A stretch of 58,918 nucleotides of DNA from Desulfobulbaceae bacterium (GTDB taxonomy: Bacteria > Desulfobacterota > Desulfobulbia > Desulfobulbales > BM004). Where the stretch lies: contig PKTW01000020.1 in NCBI GenBank assembly GCA_002868955.1, positions 1-58,918 of the forward strand, read 5' to 3'. Both the position numbers and the translations under genes were made by a program. How positions within the stretch are numbered: position 1 is the first letter of the stretch; each line of letters starts with the position of its first letter. Below the pieces are notes generated by a model that did not search any database, was not told the DNA's origin, and saw only the letters and a program-made list of their open reading frames with translations. This document shows, in pieces, positions 40,495 through 50,153 of the stretch.

Positions 40495-43400
40495 TTAGTT
40501 GCCCGCTCCCTTGAAAATGGAGTTTGTGTTATGTAGAAGTTCAAGTACTTCTTCCATGCGCATGCCCCTTGAGCCTTTAACTAAAAACCAATCACCGGAT
40601 TCGATCTTGCCCTCCTGTACTAATTTCTGCAGCCAGAAGGCCAGATCTTTCTTGCTGTTGAATCCTTTGGCCGCAGCCGGGTCCATGCCGGCATTTCTTG
40701 CACTTGTGACCATGTTTTCTGCCTGGTTGCCGAAAGCGGCCAGAAAGTCGATGCCAAGCCTTTGCACTGCAGTGCCCAAAGCCGTGTGAGCTTCATCAGT
40801 TTTAATGCCTAACTCCAGCATGTCGCCCAGAACAGCCACAGCCCGGCGGTTTTTTTTCAGGTCCACCAGGGTGTTAAGGGCAGCCAGCATTGATGCAGGG
40901 TTGGCATTATAACAGTCGTTTAGCACCCTTACGCCTGAAGGCAGCTCTTCAACGCGGGCCCGTTTGTCATGAGGCCTGAAAGCAGCAAGTCCACTGGTAA
41001 TTTCATCAATGCAGATGCCGGATCCGTGGGCCATTGCAGCTGCAGCAAGACTGTTTGTCACATTGTGCTTGCCCAGGCCCTGAATTGCGACCTGTCGTGT
41101 TTCTGTGCCGATATGGAGGCTAAATTTCATGCCGTTTTCACCCAGGCTTTGTATATTTGTTGCGCGAACAAGTGCATCCGGATGGCAGCCAAAGAATATT
41201 TTTTCCTGCCCTAATGCGGCAGCAAGAGAACTGACAATTTCGTCATCCAGGTTGACCGCGACCTTGCTCTCTGGTTTGAGGCCGGCAAAAAGTTCGTTCT
41301 TGGCTCGGGCCACTCCCCAGATATCTCCGAGACCTTCCAGGTGCGCCTCTTGAACGTTAATGATGCAGGCAACATCCGGATCGGCAATTTCCGTTAACCT
41401 GGCAATTTCACCTGGCCTGTTCATGCCCATTTCCAACACAGCTATCTCGTGCTCCGGTTCTAGTCTGAAAAGGGTTAAGGGCAGGCCGATCAGGTTATTG
41501 AAATTGCCTTCGGTTTTTAAAATTGCATGACTTTGACTGAGAATAGCCCCGACCATTTCCTTGACCGTGGTTTTACCGGAACTGCCGGTTATGGCAAGGA
41601 CCCGCAAATCATTATTCCAGCGCCGCAAATTGCCGGCGAGTTGACCGAGGGCGGCAAGTGTATCGGGCACCAGCAGGACAGGGGTGGACTGGTGAAAATC
41701 CATATCAGGTTGACTCTGGCCAGGGACGTGATTAATGAGAAGTCCGCTTGCCCCTTTTTGTATTGCTTTGCCGCAGAAGTTACTGCCATCAAAGTTTTCA
41801 CCTTTCAGGGCAACAAAGAGATCGCCGGCTTGAATTGTCCTGGTATCGGTAGAAATGTTCTTGAAGGTTACGGATTTTTCAAGGGGAAAGAGAAGTTGTG
41901 CGCCGGTGATCTGTTGCACCCATTCAAGTTTCCAGGCTGGGGGTGCGCCGGACTTTGCCTGCAGTTGCATTTCAGCTTCAATCCGATCATCGAAGAAAAT
42001 TGTTCCTTTTCTGTTAATCTGATAATTTTCATGCCCTTTGCCGCTGATGAGGACGACATCATCCGGTTTGGCAAATCTGATAGCAGTACTGACTGCAACG
42101 TGCCGGTTCACCAGGATGTCATATCCTTTTCCCTCCTGCCGTATGAGAGTTTCTGGAGCTGATACCTTTTTAAGGCCGCTACTGCATAGTCCCTCTTCAA
42201 TCTGTGCCAGTATCATATCAGGGGACTCGGAACGGGGATTATCTGAGGTTGCCAGCACCACATCGCACAGTTCGCCTGCAATTTGCCCCATAAGAACCCT
42301 TTTGCCGCGATCACGGTCGCCGCCGCAGCCAAAAACACAGACCAGCCGTTTGGGTTTGAGTTTCAGCAGGGCAGTCAATACATTTTCAAGGGCATCTGGA
42401 GTATGGGCGTAATCGATAAAAACTGCAGGGCAGGCTGCGGTTGTTTTTTCAAGCCCAACCCTTTCGAGCCTGCCGGGAATAGTTTTTACATCTTCCAGAC
42501 CATTTTTCATGCAGCCCGGCATTTCACCATGAGCTACACCAATACCGATGGCGCAGAGTATATTCCGTAGGTTGAATTCGCCAACCAGAGGAGTTGTCAG
42601 TGACATGGTCCAGGCAGGAGTTGTGATGTCAGAAGAAATGCCGTTGATGTCTATGGTGAAATCATGCGGGTGTATATCGCAGTCACGACTCATGCCACAT
42701 GTTATCATTAAAGGCGAATCTTCTCTGGTCTGAAACAAGGACAGCAACTCCGCATGCATCTGTTTACTCCAGTTATTGCTTTCACAGGATGCAGCGCTGT
42801 TATCCATTGCCTGATCTGCAGCAACATCAAGTACAATGACGATGCGGCCCCCGGGTTTTATATAATCGGTGAAAAGCAGTTTTTTGCTCGTGAAATAATG
42901 ATGCATGTCAGTGTGAAAATCCAGGTGGTCCCTGCTTAAATTGGTAAATACGCCTATATCAAATCCCAGTCCCGTAAGTCTTGACTGGGCCAGGGCATGT
43001 GACGATACTTCCATGACCACATCGGTGATATTCTCGTCAGCCATCGTGCGCAGCAATGCAAAGAGGGTAGGTGATTCCGGTGTTGTAAAAGGGGCTTCCA
43101 TTTCAATGTGCTTGTTGTTTTTGTCGTTATAGCGATAGTTGACGGTACCGATTACTCCCGGACGCCTGCCGCAGGCCTTTAACATGGACTCAACCAGAAA
43201 AGTTGTAGTTGTTTTGCCGTTTGTTCCTGTCACCCCGATCACGGTGAGTTGCCGGTCAGGATGGTCATAGTAGTTCGCCGCCACATTACCCAGGGCAGTT
43301 TTAGTATCAGTGACCTCCACTATTGCAACCCGGGGCCAATCCTCAGCACCCGGCGCGTATTCCTGCCAACCCTGATTTACCAATAGGGCGGAGCAACCTG

Positions 43401-43596
43401 CGGCAACTGCCTGGTCCAGATAGTTGTGCCCATCAACAGAAAGACCTTTAAGGGCGGCAAACATATTCCCAGGCTGAACCTTCCTTGAATCTGAACAAAG
43501 TCCGGTAATTTCAGTTTTTTCAAAATCTCCGGTGATGTTGTATTCTACTCCTTCAAGTAAGATTTTGAGTTGTTTTGCTGTTGTAAGTGCCGACAT
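40495..43596 (-). CDS. Fused MurE (meso-DAP-adding ligase) + MurF (D-Ala-D-Ala-adding ligase), 1033 aa
   Basis: N-terminal half: [13 protein letters not shown] and DNPRSE (MurE). The frame stays open through ...[36 protein letters not shown]... (around 41900-41990) into a second Mur ligase with [12 protein letters not shown] (MurF). Confidence 0.88.
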   Translation of the reverse strand: MSALTTAKQLKILLEGVEYNITGDFEKTEITGLCSDSRKVQPGNMFAALKGLSVDGHNYLDQAVAAGCSALLVNQGWQEYAPGAEDWPRVAIVEVTDTKTALGNVAANYYDHPDRQLTVIGVTGTNGKTTTTFLVESMLKACGRRPGVIGTVNYRYNDKNNKHIEMEAPFTTPESPTLFALLRTMADENITDVVMEVSSHALAQSRLTGLGFDIGVFTNLSRDHLDFHTDMHHYFTSKKLLFTDYIKPGGRIVIVLDVAADQAMDNSAASCESNNWSKQMHAELLSLFQTREDSPLMITCGMSRDCDIHPHDFTIDINGISSDITTPAWTMSLTTPLVGEFNLRNILCAIGIGVAHGEMPGCMKNGLEDVKTIPGRLERVGLEKTTAACPAVFIDYAHTPDALENVLTALLKLKPKRLVCVFGCGGDRDRGKRVLMGQIAGELCDVVLATSDNPRSESPDMILAQIEEGLCSSGLKKVSAPETLIRQEGKGYDILVNRHVAVSTAIRFAKPDDVVLISGKGHENYQINRKGTIFFDDRIEAEMQLQAKSGAPPAWKLEWVQQITGAQLLFPLEKSVTFKNISTDTRTIQAGDLFVALKGENFDGSNFCGKAIQKGASGLLINHVPGQSQPDMDFHQSTPVLLVPDTLAALGQLAGNLRRWNNDLRVLAITGSSGKTTVKEMVGAILSQSHAILKTEGNFNNLIGLPLTLFRLEPEHEIAVLEMGMNRPGEIARLTEIADPDVACIINVQEAHLEGLGDIWGVARAKNELFAGLKPESKVAVNLDDEIVSSLAAALGQEKIFFGCHPDALVRATNIQSLGENGMKFSLHIGTETRQVAIQGLGKHNVTNSLAAAAMAHGSGICIDEITSGLAAFRPHDKRARVEELPSGVRVLNDCYNANPASMLAALNTLVDLKKNRRAVAVLGDMLELGIKTDEAHTALGTAVQRLGIDFLAAFGNQAENMVTSARNAGMDPAAAKGFNSKKDLAFWLQKLVQEGKIESGDWFLVKGSRGMRMEEVLELLHNTNSIFKGAGN

Positions 43597-43639
43597 TAAT
43601 ATGATCCAAAAACCGGGCTGTTATTTGTCTGTACGTCGT

Positions 43640-45637
43640 TCATATTTCCTGCTGCATTTTCAGAACACATTCAGCACCGTTTTTAAGTTCAGTGCCGGCA
43701 GCAGGATATTGCGAAATTATTCTGCCATTGCCGACAAGCTTAATTTCCAGGTTGTAATGCTGGAGTACCTGCAGACCTGCCCGTAGACTTTTCCCGGTGA
43801 CGTCAGGCATATTTTTTTTGCTTTCAGTCGTTGCAGCAGGACTCTTTTTTTCAGATGCAAGAGTGTCTCTTCCCGTTGCTGAGGCAGTTCCTCCATTGGT
43901 CCAGAAATCTGGAGAAGGTACCAGGGGTGGGTGATCGGCCACATAGAGCATTTTTTTAATCATATCGTCATCCGGGCGCAGCACCGAGAATCTGTTCCCA
44001 GAGGATTTCAGTGCATCGGGATAAGCCGTATCAAAATTGTCCGGATACGAAAGCTGAGCGATCATGGTCAGTTTGGGGGCACTGCCGGGGATGGCCCCCA
44101 ACATTATACTTTGCCTGATGCGCGGACTTTGTTCGCTCGGCGCGACTGTATCAAGTTTCGCTTTTTTTTGTCCGGAATTCTCGGGTATTGCTGCAAAGCT
44201 GTGGGCTTCAAAAAACATTGGCACTCGTGGAGTTCTGCTTTCTCTTCTGTGTATTTTTAACCATTTGGCTGCAAGGAAATCTATTAAGTCTTCACTGGTG
44301 TCCGGATGCAGTGTAGCAGTATGTTCAGCTCCGGACAGGGTTGGTTCCACCGGGGTGGTATTTTCCTTTGGGTATACCTTGTTGAGCAGATGCGGGGAAA
44401 CAATCTTGCCATTATTCACAAGTGCCGTGAAACCGGTGAGAAGGCGCAGGGCAGACGAGTGAAATTCAGGATCAGTGAGAACAAGGGATGAGTCAATGAT
44501 AGCTTCATCCTTGAGAGGGAGGTCTGTCACTGGTTCTTCATCAAAACCTAAAAGTTGGGCAAAGTGGACAAAATAATCAGGATCAACAGTATCAACGAGT
44601 GGTGCAATGGATAATTCTTTTCTTTTAAAAATTTCCGGAGTAATGACCCGTAAAGGCTCTGCTTCATCCATGTTGTCTAGGGCCTGCGATTTGCGTTCAT
44701 TTTTGAAATTTATTGCAGCTGCCTGCTGGAATATTAGCGCAAGTTCGCCGGGATATAGTGGTTCGCTAACAACATTGTTATTGAGAGCGGAGCTGGAAAA
44801 CTCCCAATAACGATTTGGATTAAAAGCAGGATAACTGGCCATGGCAAGTATAGCGCCGGTATCGGCATCCATGAGGAGGAATGCACCGCTTTCAGCCCCG
44901 GTAATCTTAACCCTCTTTTTCAGAAAGTTTTCAATTTTGGACTGAAGCATCAGATCAAGGTTAAGTACCAGATGGGAGCCGTTCTGGCTGAGTTCTGACG
45001 CAGAACTAAAGTGCAGGGCTTTCAGTTCTGCACTGTTTATTTCATCTCCCCGCAGGAGCGTATTGTATTGGAATTCTATACCGTCGAGACCCTGATCATT
45101 TTCGACAAAGCCCACTGCATGTGCAGCTGTTTCATAATTAGGATAAAAACGACTTGTTTCAACAACCTGGTAAACACCCTTTATATTGCGTTCTTTTATG
45201 CGATCTGCCAGGCTTTGATCGATTCCCTTGGCAATCCAGACAAATCCCCGTTCACTTTTTAAGTTTGCCGAAAGCTTGTTTTGCTTCAACCCCAGGATTT
45301 CTTCCAGCAGGTTGGCAGAAGCAGCCGGGTCTTCCATTTCAAGGGGGCGGGCGTATATGGCATAGGTTTCATAGGTGGCGGCAAGGCGTCTGAAATTGCG
45401 GTCGTAAATGTCGCCCCTGGGGGAAGCTGCTTGAATCGGTGCCAGATTCTTTTCAGGTCTGTTTTGCTTGAGCCAGGTGAGAACTTCTGAGATGGCATAA
45501 AGTTTCTCTTTATGAAACAAGAAAGCCCCAGATCCTAAAATCAGGATAAGGGCCAGAAGAAGCAATACCTTCTTCTTTCTTATATTGAAGAGCGACATTC
45601 GTCGTCTCTGAAATTTTTTCTGCGCGTGATCAGTCAT
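43640..45637 (-). CDS. FtsI-like class B penicillin-binding protein homologue with degenerate transpeptidase motifs and a C-terminal PASTA domain
   Basis: TM anchor and PBP dimerisation domain (RGDIYDRN..., FYPNYETAAHAVGFV..GLDGIE). The transpeptidase-fold region has LYPGELALIF where xEPGSTxKP is expected (codons 44735-44746). I see no correctly placed SxN or KTG. The C-terminus MPDVTGKSLRAGLQVLQHYNLEIKLVGNGRIISQYPAAGTELKNG resembles PASTA. Confidence 0.8.
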   Translation of the reverse strand: MTDHAQKKFQRRRMSLFNIRKKKVLLLLALILILGSGAFLFHKEKLYAISEVLTWLKQNRPEKNLAPIQAASPRGDIYDRNFRRLAATYETYAIYARPLEMEDPAASANLLEEILGLKQNKLSANLKSERGFVWIAKGIDQSLADRIKERNIKGVYQVVETSRFYPNYETAAHAVGFVENDQGLDGIEFQYNTLLRGDEINSAELKALHFSSASELSQNGSHLVLNLDLMLQSKIENFLKKRVKITGAESGAFLLMDADTGAILAMASYPAFNPNRYWEFSSSALNNNVVSEPLYPGELALIFQQAAAINFKNERKSQALDNMDEAEPLRVITPEIFKRKELSIAPLVDTVDPDYFVHFAQLLGFDEEPVTDLPLKDEAIIDSSLVLTDPEFHSSALRLLTGFTALVNNGKIVSPHLLNKVYPKENTTPVEPTLSGAEHTATLHPDTSEDLIDFLAAKWLKIHRRESRTPRVPMFFEAHSFAAIPENSGQKKAKLDTVAPSEQSPRIRQSIMLGAIPGSAPKLTMIAQLSYPDNFDTAYPDALKSSGNRFSVLRPDDDMIKKMLYVADHPPLVPSPDFWTNGGTASATGRDTLASEKKSPAATTESKKNMPDVTGKSLRAGLQVLQHYNLEIKLVGNGRIISQYPAAGTELKNGAECVLKMQQEI

Positions 45638-45736
45638 GTAGCATTCTAAACTCCCATGCTTTGCTGCAAATATTTATTTTTATATTTACTGAATTATATC
45701 TGTATCTCCGGTGAACCGGTCAATGTATTGCTGCCT

Positions 45737-46105
45737 TTAAGGATAACGGATTTGGTTTTCCGCCGGGGATCGCAAACCGAGTTTTTGAGCAGCAGTCTCC
45801 ATTTGGTTGTGGGTCAGCATCAGGTCACGTTGCACAATCATCAGCCTCTTTTCTTTAAGCAATTGATTGTTGACAGATCTGTTGCTGCCGATTTGATCCA
45901 GGGCGACTTGCACCTGCAGGCCGTACCAGATAGTTGAACTGATGCCGATGATGACGGTTACCAGAAGCATGGCACCAATGGTTTTCAACATAAGTTTGGA
46001 TGGTTGAAAAAGATCCGTGAAGTCAGTGGAAGATTTTTTCTGCGAAATTTTTATTTTTTTCCTGCCGTTTGCCACAATAAACCCGCCAGAATAATCCTTG
46101 ATCAT
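45737..46105 (-). CDS. ftsL: Cell division protein FtsL-like
   Basis: 122 aa with a single TM helix (IGAMLLVTVIIGISSTIWYGL) followed by a coiled-coil-like segment. It sits between rsmH and ftsI. Confidence 0.7.
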   Translation of the reverse strand: MIKDYSGGFIVANGRKKIKISQKKSSTDFTDLFQPSKLMLKTIGAMLLVTVIIGISSTIWYGLQVQVALDQIGSNRSVNNQLLKEKRLMIVQRDLMLTHNQMETAAQKLGLRSPAENQIRYP

Positions 46106-46124
46106 TTTGAGTTCCTCCTCTTTC

Positions 46125-47084
46125 TCAACCTTTCATATATGCTGCCCGAAGCTTTGCACTTCTGGACCGTGGATTCATCCTGATCTCTTCTGCGTCCGGA
46201 ATTACAGGTTTTTTGGTTAATACATGCAGTTCAGGGTTGTCTTTGAATTTCCATTTTACCAACCGGTCTTCCAGGGAATGAAAGGCAATAATGCATATTC
46301 TGCCCCCGGGTTTAAGAATTTTTGTTATGGTATCGAGTAAAAGCGTCAGGTTATCAAGCTCTTTATTGACAGCAATTCGCAGGGCCTGGAAAACTTTTGT
46401 TGCCGCATGAATTTTCCGGGGTTGAAATTTTTTTGGAACGGCACCGGCAACAATGCGGGCAAGATGCGAGGTCGTTGCTATCCTTTTTTGGGCCCTTTCT
46501 GCAACTATATGTGCCGCTATGCGCCGGGCCTGCCTTTCTTCACCGTAGTAATAAAAAATATCTGCAAGGTCTTCCTGGCTCAAACTGTTTATTATATCTT
46601 CAGCATTTGGGTGTGAACGCTTATCCATTCGCATATCGAGTGGTCCGTCTATCTGGAAGCTGAAGCCTCTTTCCCCAGAATCAAACTGCAATGAAGAAAC
46701 ACCGAGATCCAATAACATCCCGTCCACTCTGTGAATATCTATTTCAGTCAGTCCAGCCATAATTTCAGCATAGTTCCGATGCAGGGCGCAAAATCTTTCC
46801 CCGAAAGGGGCGAGTCTTTTCCTGGCGAGTTCCAGGGCATTTGCATCACATTCAAAACCAATGACGCGGCCTGAGGGGCCGCAGGACTGCAAAATTTTTT
46901 CAGTATGTCCACCAAGGCCCAGGGTGCCGTCAATATATATTCCGCCATCAACCGGGGCTAGGAAGCGGATTACTTCTTCGAGAAGAACAGGGGTGTGGAT
47001 TTTAGAGGAAGAATCTGTATTTGAGAATTGAACCATGGGAGAGCAAGGCTTTTGGGCGTTAAGGTCGTTCCTCGCATTCGTCAC
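46125..47084 (-). CDS. rsmH: 16S rRNA (cytosine1402-N4)-methyltransferase
   Basis: HTPVLLEEV and the SAM motif DGTLGLGGH. The true start may be the internal Met (MVQFSN...). Confidence 0.94.
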   Translation of the reverse strand: MTNARNDLNAQKPCSPMVQFSNTDSSSKIHTPVLLEEVIRFLAPVDGGIYIDGTLGLGGHTEKILQSCGPSGRVIGFECDANALELARKRLAPFGERFCALHRNYAEIMAGLTEIDIHRVDGMLLDLGVSSLQFDSGERGFSFQIDGPLDMRMDKRSHPNAEDIINSLSQEDLADIFYYYGEERQARRIAAHIVAERAQKRIATTSHLARIVAGAVPKKFQPRKIHAATKVFQALRIAVNKELDNLTLLLDTITKILKPGGRICIIAFHSLEDRLVKWKFKDNPELHVLTKKPVIPDAEEIRMNPRSRSAKLRAAYMKG

Positions 47085-47095
47085 GGCATCTCCAA

Positions 47096-47575
47096 TTAAA
47101 GTATACCCAGGGCTGATAAGCTTTGTTCAAAATCGCTGAATTTGTCTCTGGTCATCTTTCTTTCCTTCTCCCAGGCACTTTTATCCCAGATTTCGAAGTG
47201 GTCAAGCATGCCGTTCAGCACCACATCTTTTTTCAAGTCGAAGTCCGTCCGCAGAGTAGGCGGCAGAAGGATTCTTCCTTGTTTGTCCAGGGTACATTCG
47301 CTCACACCGGAAATCACATAGCGCCTGAAAGAATCCATACCGGGCTGCTTTTTTCCCTGGACAAGCAGCGTTGTTTCAATGCGTTCCCAGACTTTGACAG
47401 GAAAAGCTTTCAAGCACATGTGCCAGTTTGTGACCATTAACTGCTCATTCTTCTGGTCCTGCATCACATCACGAAACCTGCTTGGAATATTCAGTCTTCC
47501 CTTCGCGTCCAGTGTGTGTTCCGAACGGCTGCGAAATCTGCTTTTCGATGCGTTGCTGTTGTCGGTTTTTGGCAC
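47096..47575 (-). CDS. mraZ: Transcriptional regulator MraZ
   Basis: GTG start after GAGGTGG. It has two SpoVT/AbrB-like repeats with LDAKGRLNIP and LDKQGRILLP. Confidence 0.92.
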   Translation of the reverse strand: MPKTDNSNASKSRFRSRSEHTLDAKGRLNIPSRFRDVMQDQKNEQLMVTNWHMCLKAFPVKVWERIETTLLVQGKKQPGMDSFRRYVISGVSECTLDKQGRILLPPTLRTDFDLKKDVVLNGMLDHFEIWDKSAWEKERKMTRDKFSDFEQSLSALGIL

Positions 47576-47579
47576 GGAG

Positions 47580-47655
47580 CCACCTCTTTATCCCCTTTTA
47601 TACCACTTTGCACCACTAGGGGTTCTTTTTATCGGATAGGTTGGGCCTATGTCAA
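47580..47655 (-). promoter_or_regulatory. Candidate dcw promoter plus phased G-rich direct repeats (putative MraZ operator)
   Basis: On the minus strand: TTGACA (47655-47650), a 16-nt spacer, then GATAAA (47633-47628). Downstream lie GTGGT (47616-47612), GTGGT (47606-47602), GGGGA (47595-47591) and GGTGG (47584-47580), spaced 10-11 bp apart. Confidence 0.45.
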
Positions 47656-47859
47656 GGAAAAATTATGGAAAATTAAACTGGATGCAGGGAAGATATCACA
47701 CTGTGTGGCCGCATAACTGGGGTTGTGCACAATATGTTGTATAGTCTGGCTGCAGGCAGCACAACATATGGCAACAGTGCGGCAAAAAAATATTTTATTG
47801 GTGGAAACAGAAAAGCAGAAATATGGCTGCGGCGATATAGGAAAGCTTGAGGGGTAACT

Positions 47860-49854
47860 CTACCATTCAAGTCTGAGGATATTGCTTAAGGGGTCAACTT
47901 TTGCAAGTTTGACCAGCACGGTGTCGCCTGCTGTAACTTTAAAGGCAGGATTATGGGGCAGGTCTGCATCAAGAAGGAATTCTTCCAGGAAGATATGCAC
48001 TCGCTTGGGGCCGCTGTCAATAACAAGGGCAGGTAGTCTTTCTCCGCTTTTTGCCTGCAGGTATTTCAGTATCCAGTAGCGCTGGCGCAGATATTTGACC
48101 TGGTTGGCTTTTTCAAGGGTTGTCAGAATAATTGAGGCGAAATGTTTCATGTCTTTTTTGCTGAAGAGAATACCTTTGCCCATGCAAAGGTAACTGATCT
48201 GTAACTGCATGATCAGGTCAAGCAGACGCCGTATAGGAGAGGTGACGGTGGTGTATTGTGGTGCACCGACACAACTATGGCTCTTGGGAGTGGTCAGCAG
48301 CGACATGGGTGAGAGGCGTTTGCGTTGCTGCATGATTTTAAGAATATCCGTTTCAAAACCTTCGATTAGGCGTTGGCGTGGTTCAGCCTGGCAGCGGAAT
48401 AGTCCGGGAGCCTCGCGTTCAGCAACGAACTGGGCCCCAAGCGTATTTGCAAGAATCATAAATTCTGCAACAAGAATTCTGCTTGGGGTATCAACAGCAG
48501 ACCGTTTAATTTCAATGCTGTCATCTGCCGTGATCCTGATATGTAATTCCGGCATGGGCAGAAGTATCGCCCCGCGATTCACGCGCCTTTGCCGCAATAA
48601 TACACTCAAGGCTGCCAGGGCAGCCAATGCTTGGTTCTGTTTGACCAACTGATCCGCAACCTGGTATGTCAGTTGTTGTTTCACAGATATGATACTTCGA
48701 ACGATTTCAAAGTTGAGAACTTCCGCTGCGGGACTGAGCAAGACCAGAAAACTGAGTGCGGGGCGTATCTGATCTTTCAAGAGACTTAATTTGTCTTCAG
48801 CAAGGGCTGCAGGTAGCATGGGGTAATGTTTTTCAGGAAAATAGATTGAAGTGCCCCGCGTCAGCGCTTCTTCAAAAAGAGCGGTTCCCTGTTTTACATA
48901 AAGACCGACATCGGAGATATGAATACCCACAAGGTAGTTGGCGCCCTGTTTTTCAATGTGGAGCGCGTCATCAAAATCCCGGGTCTCAGGCCCATCAATG
49001 GTTAAAATCTGCAAGTCCCGGAGATCCCTTCTGTCAGCGGCAGGCAGATCAGCCTCATTTTGGAGCTTTATTTTTTCGACTTCGGCCAGGGCTTTTTCAG
49101 AAAACAAAGTAGGTATATCCTGTTTGCGAAGTTGAATATTTTCGTTTTTATCCCAGAATCCTGTCATTACCAGCAGGTAAAAAATATCATGGGGGCCGGT
49201 CAGTTCAGCTTTTTTAACAAGTTTGCGTGCCATATCCGACTCGGAAGAATCCTTGCCGAAAAGGTAGTAATCAGCAAGTATTTGCAGGATGGAATCCCGG
49301 TCTTTCCAATCTTCTGAGGATTCGCCGTTTTTGTAAAGACGACGCAGGGCAGCGGTATTCTCGGCAATAAAAATTTCCTGTTCTTTATCTTTTTTCTGTT
49401 GCAGTTTTAGCTGTTCAACGGTTTCAGGGGAATGGACAAGAATACTGCCGGCTTTGTATTTGAAATAGACCCGGTTGCCAATTACTGCCCGCATGAAGGC
49501 CGCGCACTGATCATCCGAGGGATCATTGCCGAAATAAAGGCTTGCCATAAAGTCGACCCCCAAAGCATCTTCATGTTTATCAGAGACAATTTCCCAGATC
49601 TCATCAAGATCGATGCCTGCCGTCAGCACAGCCCGTTTTTTAGCGGTTTTTTGCAGGAAGGTTATGATATCTTCCCTGGTAGAAAATGATGCAGCCTTTT
49701 CATTTGTGCAGTGGACTATCCTGTTTGGGGCTAAGTTGAGTTCCCGGCTGTTCTGGTTGAGTAAATGAAGACGAGTGCCATTATCTTCATTGACATAGGC
49801 GCAGATGAATTTGCCGTTTTCCAGATATTCGACTATTCTGCCGTTTAATGTCAT
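47860..49854 (-). CDS. RNase II/R family 3'-5' exoribonuclease
   Basis: 664 aa. The RNB catalytic region has TIDGPETRDFDDALH and a C-terminal S1-like domain. Confidence 0.85.
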   Translation of the reverse strand: MTLNGRIVEYLENGKFICAYVNEDNGTRLHLLNQNSRELNLAPNRIVHCTNEKAASFSTREDIITFLQKTAKKRAVLTAGIDLDEIWEIVSDKHEDALGVDFMASLYFGNDPSDDQCAAFMRAVIGNRVYFKYKAGSILVHSPETVEQLKLQQKKDKEQEIFIAENTAALRRLYKNGESSEDWKDRDSILQILADYYLFGKDSSESDMARKLVKKAELTGPHDIFYLLVMTGFWDKNENIQLRKQDIPTLFSEKALAEVEKIKLQNEADLPAADRRDLRDLQILTIDGPETRDFDDALHIEKQGANYLVGIHISDVGLYVKQGTALFEEALTRGTSIYFPEKHYPMLPAALAEDKLSLLKDQIRPALSFLVLLSPAAEVLNFEIVRSIISVKQQLTYQVADQLVKQNQALAALAALSVLLRQRRVNRGAILLPMPELHIRITADDSIEIKRSAVDTPSRILVAEFMILANTLGAQFVAEREAPGLFRCQAEPRQRLIEGFETDILKIMQQRKRLSPMSLLTTPKSHSCVGAPQYTTVTSPIRRLLDLIMQLQISYLCMGKGILFSKKDMKHFASIILTTLEKANQVKYLRQRYWILKYLQAKSGERLPALVIDSGPKRVHIFLEEFLLDADLPHNPAFKVTAGDTVLVKLAKVDPLSNILRLEW

Positions 49855-50153
49855 TTGCTCAGTTTTTTAATAGTGTTGACCGAAACAGCTTCCACAGAGT
49901 ATTTTAGGGCCCAATTGTACAAAGCCCGCACGAATTACCATGTATTCACGGTTCCGTAAAGTTATGAATAGCTACTTCGGAAAATATCTATGTAATCTAA
50001 ACGCGAAAGGTAATTTAATCCAGGCACTTTTTCGCGTTCCTGGGAAAGGAGGAATATATTCCCCACACACTAAACATATATCATAAATAAATTATGAAAA
50101 GGACTGCAGTCAATACGTGAGTCCATAACAAGATAAGAATTTTGCCGATAGAG

